IMG/VR virus record: IMGVR_UViG_3300032007_000042
DNA length: 55,778 nt
Direction: 5' to 3' (one strand)
From: an uncultured virus (IMG/VR IMGVR_UViG_3300032007_000042)
Lineage: Duplodnaviria; Heunggongvirae; Uroviricota; Caudoviricetes; Crassvirales
Shown here: in pieces, positions 47,455 to 55,778 of the stretch
Numbering within the stretch: position 1 is the first letter of the stretch
Layout of the letters: every line of letters starts with the position of its first letter
Notes under the pieces: generated by a model
Seen by the model: the letters and a program-made list of their open reading frames with translations, nothing else
Database searches by the model: none
Told to the model about the DNA's origin: nothing
Program-made: the position numbers and the translations under genes

Positions 47455-47910
47455 ATGAAGAAAAAAGAGAATAAGAATATATGGTATACAACCATAAACA
47501 TTGATATATTTGCTACATCTATTATAGTAATAGTATGTGATGACAAGGAAACCATTAAGAAAGATACTCCTGAGATAGACAGGAAATTAGGCACAGTTAA
47601 TCTACTTACATCATGGGCAGATAAGACACTTAGTGATAACTTTTTATACAGTCACACAGCACAGGCACCTAATGGTTTAGGTGATGTAATAGTGTTTTTT
47701 AATGCAGAGAATCCAGGTAATGTATCTTATGAAACAATGGTACATGAGTTCCATCATGCAACATACTATTTATGTGAATTTAGAGGCATAGATGATGAGG
47801 AGACAGAAGCATATCTTCAGCAGCATTTATTTCATAAGATGCTTTGTAAGATAGATGATTGGCTTGATAAGCAAAAGAAAGTTAGTAAGAAGCCTAAGAA
47901 AAAGGCTTAA
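47455..47910 (+). CDS. zincin-like metallopeptidase
   Basis: HEFHH and EETEAY. Confidence 0.7.
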   Translation: MKKKENKNIWYTTINIDIFATSIIVIVCDDKETIKKDTPEIDRKLGTVNLLTSWADKTLSDNFLYSHTAQAPNGLGDVIVFFNAENPGNVSYETMVHEFHHATYYLCEFRGIDDEETEAYLQQHLFHKMLCKIDDWLDKQKKVSKKPKKKA

Positions 47911-47937
47911 ATAGTTGCAGTGTAGCCATAAATAGTT

Positions 47938-47945
47938 TATCTTTG
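47938..47945 (+). promoter_or_regulatory. -7 element
   Basis: TATCTTTG. Confidence 0.65.
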
Positions 47946-47961
47946 CAAGAAAAAGAAGTAT

Positions 47962-50853
47962 ATGAAAAGGACACTATATACATACTTTACAGATAGAAAT
48001 CAAATAGCTCAGCCAGATGCTACAAGAGTATTAGGGCCTATAGTAGCAATGCCTATACATGAGGAGGAGGATGATAGAAGCTTATTGGGCAATATGCTTC
48101 CTGAGGTAGTAGTAACAGCTAAGTACCCTCATGAGCAAAGGGTAATAGATACTATGAATGCTTCTAATGCAGAGTTTATGAGGAGACTAAGGAATAATGA
48201 CAAAAGAGCTATACATAATCAAGATGGTAGTTACTCTACTCATGTGTTAGGCAGTGCAGATAATATAGTATTTCCTGCCATACAGGATGTGAATGGTGAG
48301 TTAAAAGACTATAGAGGATTACCATGGCAAAGAACTCTTGATAAGGCTATTCAGAATAATGATTATATAGAATTCCCAACAGAAGGAGATGCAAGATACT
48401 TTGGAGAGCATTATAAGAAATACTTTCCAGAGTACTTTGGTAATCAGTATGCAGATGGAGGAGAGATGAATGCTCCTAAGCATTGGAATGAGCTGTCTTT
48501 GGCTGATAAAAGTGATGCTATTGCTTCAGCAGTGAGGAATGGTGTCACTACTCTTGAAGACATAAGGAAAGCATGGAATGACTATGCTGATAGTGGTTAT
48601 AGAGAAGATGATAGCTATAGAGACAATAGTGAGAATATGGGAAATACTCTTGATGGCTATGATGATGCTTATCAAGAGGAGGCACATGAATATCTTAAGG
48701 GTGGCTATAAGCCTTCAGCATCTATCAAAAACAGAATAGCCAATTGGGAGGGTAGTAGTATGCAGACCAACAGGAGCTTTGAGGCTGAGGCTAAGGACTT
48801 TTGGAATGCTATTCCTTCCAATGTAAGAAGTAAACTATCACAACAACAAGCAGATGCTCTTTATAGTTACAGCTATAATGTAGGAGCAGGTAACTTTAAG
48901 AAGAGGGTAGTACCTTCTCTTGAGAGATACTTTAATGGTAATGGCAGTGTAGAGGATGTACAGAGGCATATGTATGCCACTAAGGATAAAGATTTAAGAG
49001 GACTGGCTAAAAGAAGGGCTGTTGAAAGGGCTATGTTTGGTGGTCAGCGTGTAGAAGATGTGCCATCATTTGACTATGATTATTCAAGCAATAGTTCACC
49101 TTATGGTCATAGATTTACAGTAAATAATAACTTTCAGACTGCTGGTTATCTTGGGCCTATAGTCAATGGGAACAATGGTGAGTATAACAATAGTAGCACA
49201 AATAAGCTCAATGTATTCATGCAAGCTCTTGAGGATGAACCTAAACAGACTATAGCAGAGAGTACTTCAGAGCCAAGGTATAATGCTCTTGAGAGATTGC
49301 AGAATATCTATAGTATGTATGGCATGGATGACTATGCCCAAGAGATAGGGAAGTATAATCCTTTTGCAGCCCTGACGTTTGCAGAGGGAGGTAAGAAATC
49401 TACTGATGCAGATGGGGTTACTTCAAGCAATGGTCAATATCATGTAAATCCTGCTGACTATTGGGCTGTACTTGGAAGTGCAGAGAATAATAAACCAGTG
49501 GAAGTTACTCTTCCAGATGTAACAGTAAAGGCAGCAGACCCCAAGAACTATAGGAGCAGTTATGATCCTAATGGCTTTATGGACTTTATGAATGCAGTTA
49601 CTTTGGGAGTTGGCAACAGGTTTAGTGTAAGTCAGGATGCAAGGCTCTTGAAGGATGCTTATGATGCAATCTCAGGTAATAAATCATGGGAAGATGTATT
49701 TAATTCAGCTGTATTTGGCAATAGTGGTATATTTGATAATCCTTATGCTAATATGGCATTGGATATTGTAGTGCCTACAGTTGGAGGTAACTATAGAAAC
49801 ATGGCAAATGTTGGTAGAGGTATTGCAAATGCAACTGCTAAAGGTGCAGTAAATATTGGCAAAAGTGTGGCAAATGCTACTAAGGATTTATCTAAATCTG
49901 CTTATAACCTTTATGACAATGGTACTCTATGGGACAGATATACTACATTTAGAGGTCGTTTTGGTAATTACAGTGATAATCCTTTTGTTAATGTATATGC
50001 AACAACTGCAAGAAGATTTGGGCTACCTGATAAAGCTAGGATACCTGCTGATGCTATGAGAAAAATGGGACAAACCTCAGGAGACTTGGTTAATATAAAA
50101 GACGGTGTTGTAGATTTTACTGGAGGAAAAGGTTGGGGTCATAAACCTCATGTAAACTTTACTTTGGATAGAGGAGTTGGAAGTCATAAAGAAGGAAACT
50201 GGGATGGAAGAGATCTGTATATTATGCCGACAGAAGATTTTATTAATCAAACATTGCCGTCTGGAAGCTTAAAATCAATAGAACCTACTGATATGTTTGC
50301 TAGTGGTGTACATGTAACAGAAGATCCTTCTAAAGTTACAGTTATATCTGGTGATATTGAAACATTGAAAAAGGCTCAAGAAGCTGGAATGCAGACACTA
50401 TCAAGTCCAAAGTTAAGAAGAATGTATCAGAATGAATTAAATTCTTATAATCAAAGTATAGCAGGAAAGTCTCCATTTTTAGCTGGAATGGTGAAACCCC
50501 CTAAGAGAACATTAGGTATTGACTATGCAAGAGAAGTACAAAGGCTACAAGGGCAACGTGGAACCCCAACATTATCAGATTTTAGACTATTAGAAAATAT
50601 GACAGGTCTTAAATCTGGTGTAACATCAGTAAGTGAGTATGATAAAGCTATTGATGCAATTAATCATATGTTACATGACCAAGTAGGAGTAGCAAAACAA
50701 TATGTTTACCCAAATGGAAGAGCAGTTGGTTGGGACATTAATGGTATAAATTGGCAACTTAAAAATCTAAAACAGTTGCCTTACAATAATGTCTTTTATG
50801 ATCCTGCAAGTTGTGTTGAATATAATTGGAGACACGCTAATGGACTAGAATAA
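47962..50853 (+). CDS. modular, probably virion-associated protein with GH24 lysozyme domain
   Basis: IANWEG, DALYSYSYNVGAG, GLAKRRAVE; LPEVVVTA/LPDVTVKA repeats; [FY]xxGG linkers. Confidence 0.75.
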   Translation: MKRTLYTYFTDRNQIAQPDATRVLGPIVAMPIHEEEDDRSLLGNMLPEVVVTAKYPHEQRVIDTMNASNAEFMRRLRNNDKRAIHNQDGSYSTHVLGSADNIVFPAIQDVNGELKDYRGLPWQRTLDKAIQNNDYIEFPTEGDARYFGEHYKKYFPEYFGNQYADGGEMNAPKHWNELSLADKSDAIASAVRNGVTTLEDIRKAWNDYADSGYREDDSYRDNSENMGNTLDGYDDAYQEEAHEYLKGGYKPSASIKNRIANWEGSSMQTNRSFEAEAKDFWNAIPSNVRSKLSQQQADALYSYSYNVGAGNFKKRVVPSLERYFNGNGSVEDVQRHMYATKDKDLRGLAKRRAVERAMFGGQRVEDVPSFDYDYSSNSSPYGHRFTVNNNFQTAGYLGPIVNGNNGEYNNSSTNKLNVFMQALEDEPKQTIAESTSEPRYNALERLQNIYSMYGMDDYAQEIGKYNPFAALTFAEGGKKSTDADGVTSSNGQYHVNPADYWAVLGSAENNKPVEVTLPDVTVKAADPKNYRSSYDPNGFMDFMNAVTLGVGNRFSVSQDARLLKDAYDAISGNKSWEDVFNSAVFGNSGIFDNPYANMALDIVVPTVGGNYRNMANVGRGIANATAKGAVNIGKSVANATKDLSKSAYNLYDNGTLWDRYTTFRGRFGNYSDNPFVNVYATTARRFGLPDKARIPADAMRKMGQTSGDLVNIKDGVVDFTGGKGWGHKPHVNFTLDRGVGSHKEGNWDGRDLYIMPTEDFINQTLPSGSLKSIEPTDMFASGVHVTEDPSKVTVISGDIETLKKAQEAGMQTLSSPKLRRMYQNELNSYNQSIAGKSPFLAGMVKPPKRTLGIDYAREVQRLQGQRGTPTLSDFRLLENMTGLKSGVTSVSEYDKAIDAINHMLHDQVGVAKQYVYPNGRAVGWDINGINWQLKNLKQLPYNNVFYDPASCVEYNWRHANGLE

Positions 50854-51002
50854 ATTATTTATTAAATATGAAAACCAAGATGAATAAAGGGAAGTAATGC
50901 ACCATCCCTTATAGTAATAAAAGCATAGATATGGACACATCATGGATAATAACCCAAGTAACTAGCTATATTATGGTCAAACTTTAATTCAAGTACAAGA
51001 AA

Positions 51003-51401
51003 ATGACTCCTACTAAGAGATTACAGATAATTCAATATGTAGCAGAACTTCAGCATGTAGATGTAGAATGTATTCTTCAAGACTGTGTTCTTGATGAGTT
51101 GAAATATGCTAATATGAAAGCAGCTTTTCTTTCAGTTTCAAGAGAACCTGAGATTAGTAAGATTCTTAATGCATATAATATAACAGAGGACAACTTATCT
51201 GACAGAGAAAGAAGATATATACAGCGTATAATTTCTTTTGGGAATGGAAGAGGAATAATAGATCACTATGATCTCAATGATAGTGTATCTTACATTGGTG
51301 AGTACTATGATGGTGAGCCTACTACTAAGTATAGACAGAAAGGTAGATATGAAATTAATCCTATTAAAATAGAGGATATTGATTCTACTTTTCAAGAGTA
51401 A
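51003..51401 (+). CDS. hypothetical protein
   Basis: 132 aa ORF. Confidence 0.65.
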   Translation: MTPTKRLQIIQYVAELQHVDVECILQDCVLDELKYANMKAAFLSVSREPEISKILNAYNITEDNLSDRERRYIQRIISFGNGRGIIDHYDLNDSVSYIGEYYDGEPTTKYRQKGRYEINPIKIEDIDSTFQE

Positions 51402-51547
51402 TGTTAAATATGACAAAATGCTTGTAGACATAGCTGTTTATAAAACTACTTTCTTTCCTAAGAAATGCTTATGATTTTATTTTAGTCATTGGTAGTTTTA
51501 CTGGGTTATTTTATCTTTGTGCAGAATAACTGTAATAAAGGACTGTT

Positions 51548-51811
51548 TTGAACCCAATAATAAAGAGATATATTAAGGAACTGAAGCATAATTCAAGGTG
51601 CTGTATGTGTGGAGAGTCTGATGACTGCTGCTTAGAGTTTCATCATGTAAATAAGGAAAGCAAGTGCTTTAGTATAGGAAAGATACCACATACGGCAACT
51701 CTTGAAGATGTAAAGAAAGAATTGGCAAAGACTATCTGTGTTTGTGCTAATTGTCACAGGAAGATACATAATGGAGTACTGAGCTGTACTGAAAGTAAGA
51801 TTATAGCTTAA
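51548..51811 (+). CDS. small HNH endonuclease
   Basis: CCMCGE, LEFHH, CANCHRKIH; TATCTTTG at 51512-51519. Confidence 0.75.
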   Translation: MNPIIKRYIKELKHNSRCCMCGESDDCCLEFHHVNKESKCFSIGKIPHTATLEDVKKELAKTICVCANCHRKIHNGVLSCTESKIIA

Positions 51812-51892
51812 TAATTATTCTCTTCTTGAGAAATGCTAAGCAAGATTGTTAGGGTGTAGGATAATATAGCTATTATTGATACCTTTGCATCA

Positions 51893-52002
51893 GACAATAG
51901 AAAGTTTATCCGATTGTTGATAAATGTTTTAGGGATTGTTGATTGGTTGGTTTTTAGTTTTTAATAGGTAAGTCCAAGGCGGTGAGGGCTTACCTATTTT
52001 TT
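51893..52002 (+). ncRNA. candidate small RNA of about 110 nt
   Basis: TACCTTTG at 51880-51887, no ORF, strong terminator 51963-52002. Confidence 0.6.
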
Positions 52003-52135
52003 ATTTACTATAGATAGGACTAATAGGATATATAGATACTATATAGGCTATAGAAATATAGAAAATACTCTATGTCAAAGGTTTAGGAAGTCTAAGAAAA
52101 TTTATTATATATACAGAGAACTTTACTTTTACTAC

Positions 52136-52143
52136 TATCTTTG
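52136..52143 (+). promoter_or_regulatory. -7 element for portal
   Basis: TATCTTTG. Confidence 0.65.
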
Positions 52144-52162
52144 TAAGCAAAAAAGATGATAT

Positions 52163-54571
52163 ATGGCATACAGTGAAATAGGAGGTTTTCCTCCTCAGCA
52201 ACTATCATATAACAGAAAGAAGAGAGCATGGAGAAAAAAGTGCGTGGACTTCGGGGATAATAATAGCATACTCAACTACCATTTGGCAAGAAAGAGTGTC
52301 TATCAGATGAAGATAGACTATGACCTTATCAATGGTACTATACACATGGAGGATATGAAGAGATATGTCAATCCTTATGATCTTGATGCCAGTTTTATTC
52401 CAGATAGTGTACAACATTATCCTATCATCAACTCAAAGCTTGAAGTACTCAGAGGTGAGGAGACATATAGAGTGTTTGACTATAGGGTAGTAGTTACTAA
52501 TCCCAATGCTATATCTGAGATGGAAGAGGCTAAAAACAAGCAGGTTAATGAGAAACTTCAGGCACTTATCTCTGATGAGCAGCAAGATGAAAATCAGTTT
52601 AACAGAGAGCTTGAGAACCTGTCTGATTACTTCCAATATGAGTACCAAGATAAAAGAGAGCAGAGGGCTAATGAACTGCTTAATCATTATGTAAGAGAGC
52701 TTAGCATTGATCAACTGTTTAACAAGGGATTTGTAGATGCCTATACAGTAGGAGAGGAGATATATCAGTGTGATATTGTTGGTGGAGAACCAACAGTAAC
52801 CAAGCTTGACCCTATGAAGGTAAGGATTATCAAGAGTGGTTCATCCAATAAGGTAGAAGATGCAGATATGATAGTACTTGAAGATTATTGGTCTCCAGGC
52901 AAGGTTATTGATACTTTCTATGATCAGTTGCAAGACAAGGATATAAAGGCTATAGAGGAAGGCACAGGCAATGGTCTTTATGGTGCTGTTGATAGTATGG
53001 ATAATGTAGACCCAAGATATGGCTTTATACCAAGGATAGATGTAGATGGAGTTGTAGATAATAGTATAGACCCTTATGCACTGTTTGATAATACCTATAA
53101 TTATAGTCTATTACCATATGATCCTAATGGTAATGTAAGAGTGCTTAGGGTATATTGGAAATCAAGAAGAAAAATAAAGAAAGTAAAGAGCTATGATCCA
53201 GAGACAGGTGAAGAGCAGTTTAACTTCTACCCAGAGAACTATATTATTGATGAGACTCTTGGTGAAGAAGAGCAGACTTTCTGGGTTAATGAAGCATGGG
53301 AAGGTACTAAGATAGGTAAAGACATCTATGTAAATATGAGGCCAAGACCTGTGCAGTATAACAGGCTTAGTAACCCAAGCAGATGCCACTTTGGAATAGT
53401 AGGAAGTATCTACAATATCAACAGTGATGAGCCTTATAGCTTGATAGACAGAGTTAAGCCTTATGCCTATCTTTATGATATTATCCATGATAAACTTAAT
53501 AAAGAGATAGCCAAAAATCCAGGTAAGATTATAAGACTTGACTTTGCCAAAGTGCCAAAGGGATGGGATATAGACAAATGGCTGTATTACATGAAAGTAA
53601 ATGGTATAGCAGTAGAGGATAGCTTTAAAGAAGGTAATGTAGGTATGGCAACTGGCAAGCTTGCAGGAGCCATGAATAATGCCTCTTCAGGAGTTATTGA
53701 CGCTACTTTAGGCAATGATATTCAAGGATATATCAATCTACTTGCATGGATAGATACTCAGATAGGTCAGATGATAGGCATCTCTAAACAGAGAGAAGGC
53801 CAGATCAGTAATAGAGAAACAGTTGGTGGTGTTGAGAGAGCCACCTTGCAAAGCTCAGCTATTACTAAGTGGCTGTTCTTTATCCATGATGATGTTAAGA
53901 AGAGAGTGCTTGAGTGCTTACTTGAGACAGCCAAAATAGCCATGAGAGGAAGAAAAGAGAAGTTTAACTATATTACCTCAGATGGTGCCAAGAAACTTGT
54001 TGAGATAGATGGTGATGAGTTCTCAGAGAATGACTATGGCTTAGTAGTTGACAATAGCAATGGTATACAGGAACTTAATCAGAAACTTGATACTCTTGCA
54101 CAAGCAGCTCTTCAGAATCAAGCACTGAACTTCTCAACTATCATGAAGCTATATACAACAACAAGCTTGCAGGATAAGCAGAGAATGATAGAGATTTATG
54201 AGAAGAGAGCTAAGGAGGAAGCACAACAACAGCAACAGCAACAATATCAGCTTCAGCAGCAGCAAATACAACAGAATGCTCAGATAGAAGAGGCTAAGAT
54301 GAAACAGGAGTATCAGATGAATAGTGATAATAATGAGACTAAGCTGCTTGTAAGTCAGATTAATAGTCAGGCAGAAAGTCAGAGATATGCACTTATGAAT
54401 CAAGGCACTGTTGCAGACAATGATCAAAAGGAAAGAAAGCTTAATGAGCAGGTAAGACAGTTTGATGAAAGGATGAAACAACAGTCAGACAAACTTAACT
54501 TTGACATTAAGAAGCATGATGATGAGGTAAGGCTAAAGGAGCAGCAGATGAGGCAGAAGAACAGTAAATAG
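52163..54571 (+). CDS. portal protein (crAss-type)
   Basis: 802 aa; FPPQ, HYPIIN.K..VLRGEE, QREGQI..RETVGGVER; Q-rich coiled-coil tail. Confidence 0.9.
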   Translation: MAYSEIGGFPPQQLSYNRKKRAWRKKCVDFGDNNSILNYHLARKSVYQMKIDYDLINGTIHMEDMKRYVNPYDLDASFIPDSVQHYPIINSKLEVLRGEETYRVFDYRVVVTNPNAISEMEEAKNKQVNEKLQALISDEQQDENQFNRELENLSDYFQYEYQDKREQRANELLNHYVRELSIDQLFNKGFVDAYTVGEEIYQCDIVGGEPTVTKLDPMKVRIIKSGSSNKVEDADMIVLEDYWSPGKVIDTFYDQLQDKDIKAIEEGTGNGLYGAVDSMDNVDPRYGFIPRIDVDGVVDNSIDPYALFDNTYNYSLLPYDPNGNVRVLRVYWKSRRKIKKVKSYDPETGEEQFNFYPENYIIDETLGEEEQTFWVNEAWEGTKIGKDIYVNMRPRPVQYNRLSNPSRCHFGIVGSIYNINSDEPYSLIDRVKPYAYLYDIIHDKLNKEIAKNPGKIIRLDFAKVPKGWDIDKWLYYMKVNGIAVEDSFKEGNVGMATGKLAGAMNNASSGVIDATLGNDIQGYINLLAWIDTQIGQMIGISKQREGQISNRETVGGVERATLQSSAITKWLFFIHDDVKKRVLECLLETAKIAMRGRKEKFNYITSDGAKKLVEIDGDEFSENDYGLVVDNSNGIQELNQKLDTLAQAALQNQALNFSTIMKLYTTTSLQDKQRMIEIYEKRAKEEAQQQQQQQYQLQQQQIQQNAQIEEAKMKQEYQMNSDNNETKLLVSQINSQAESQRYALMNQGTVADNDQKERKLNEQVRQFDERMKQQSDKLNFDIKKHDDEVRLKEQQMRQKNSK

Positions 54572-54730
54572 TTTATATGACAACTGCTCAGCAGTTGCTT
54601 ACTGAACCAAGCCGATGCTTTATTAATCAAAATGCCTATAAGTGAAGTATTTAGAAAGCCTTAAGATAGTAATTAAATCATGGATGAAACATATAGTAAT
54701 TACTATCTTTGTAGCATAAAATAACATGAT

Positions 54731-55633
54731 ATGAGTAAAGAGATAAAGACATATTTCAGTGAGGCAATGATTAAGGATAAGCCTAAGAAGAAACTTAGAC
54801 TTATCATTAATGATGGTGCTGTCACTACAAGAAAACTTGCTAATGAAGCTGTTACAGAAGAAAAGCTTGCTGAAAACTCTGTGTCCACTGATAAAATAAA
54901 AGACCATAATGTTACATGGGATAAGCTTACTCCAGAGGCACAGAAAGTTATAGAGGCTGGTACTGGTGTAGATGGTAATCTTGTACATGATATGGAACAA
55001 TGGAATAATAGAATTGCTGCTCTTGAAAGTGATAAACTTACTTCTAAGGTTGTAATTTATGCTTCTGATGTTGTTGGATACACTTCTAATAATTCATCTA
55101 GTCTTATAACAATTCAATTACAAAATGCGAATGGCATTATTTCTAAAGATGCTAATTACACACATAAGCACTTGTATTATAATATTAATAACAAGGGTGA
55201 AGTTGATGTTCAAGATGATAATGTAGATATAAAATATAAATATGATTCTCCTGCACAAGTAAATATTGAAGCAAGAGGGACAGCAACATATAAAGGAGTT
55301 CCTATTACATTTCCAGTAGTTCGTAAGACTATTTTTGCAGTTTTACCATCTTATATCGGATATATAGAAGATTATAATAGTTGGAATAATACAGGTACTG
55401 AATTATTTAAACATAGTTTTAATGGACAATACAATGTTTTTAATCCTTATGATTTAGCTTATTTAGTTATAGCTATTCCTAAGAATGGAATGGTTCTTCC
55501 TATTAACAGTATTATTCAAAAAGGAACACTTGATGCAGTGCAACAGTATGATGTTATAGATAAAGGTAATTATACATTATATGTATGTAGAACAAAGCAT
55601 AATAGGGGTATTTATACGTTTGCTGTTAGTTAA
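54731..55633 (+). CDS. structural/fibre-like protein
   Basis: Tandem AVTxxKLA repeats, coiled coil, beta-rich C-terminus; TATCTTTG at 54704-54711. Confidence 0.6.
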   Translation: MSKEIKTYFSEAMIKDKPKKKLRLIINDGAVTTRKLANEAVTEEKLAENSVSTDKIKDHNVTWDKLTPEAQKVIEAGTGVDGNLVHDMEQWNNRIAALESDKLTSKVVIYASDVVGYTSNNSSSLITIQLQNANGIISKDANYTHKHLYYNINNKGEVDVQDDNVDIKYKYDSPAQVNIEARGTATYKGVPITFPVVRKTIFAVLPSYIGYIEDYNSWNNTGTELFKHSFNGQYNVFNPYDLAYLVIAIPKNGMVLPINSIIQKGTLDAVQQYDVIDKGNYTLYVCRTKHNRGIYTFAVS

Positions 55634-55695
55634 TATATATATTAAATAACTGAATTTGTATTGCTTATTAAAAACAAATACATTATATTTGTGAC

Positions 55696-55778
55696 ATGAA
55701 TAAAGATAAAAGAAATAATATAAAATTACTTGGTACTCTTAATAATGCAGATGAAAGTGGTATCATAGCTAATGCAAA
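55696..55778 (+). CDS. start of next late gene (partial)
   Basis: MNKDKRNNIKLLGTLNNADESG... open to the edge. Confidence 0.55.
   Translation, partial: MNKDKRNNIKLLGTLNNADESGIIANA

Noticed and set aside
54221..54275. Poly-Q tract in portal as a phase-variable repeat
   Set aside because: In-frame mixed CAA/CAG codons in a coiled-coil tail
1..55778. Stop-codon reassignment as in some crAss-like phages
   Set aside because: Long genes on both strands are intact under code 11, genes end in TAG/TGA (e.g. portal TAG), and no suppressor tRNA was seen

Overview
Part of an AT-rich crAss-like (Crassvirales) phage genome, probably with a Bacteroidetes host; standard genetic code. Bases 1-33 kb are a leftward block: the start of a large zincin/virion-type gene, accessory genes, ThyX, PolA, dUTPase, NrdDG, UDG, primase, intron-split DnaB and an SF2 helicase. 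It includes a compact putative ubiquitin-like conjugation operon (Ubl, E2-like, JAB, E1/ThiF). Bases 32.8-34.9 kb hold a tRNA/ncRNA cluster with a tRNA-Ile(UAU) and repeated GYGA hairpins. Bases 35-41 kb are small early-type genes behind a repeated promoter-like motif, plus RepL and an origin-like region. From 41 kb come lysis genes, then rightward late genes including a lysozyme-containing modular protein and the portal. Most notable: the Ubl operon and shared [FY]xxG[GA] motifs; a catalytically dead class III nucleotidyl-cyclase homologue; candidate antisense sRNAs; and an HNH gene flanked by a duplicated 3' end of its neighbour. All family calls are from motif recognition by eye; no database searches were run.
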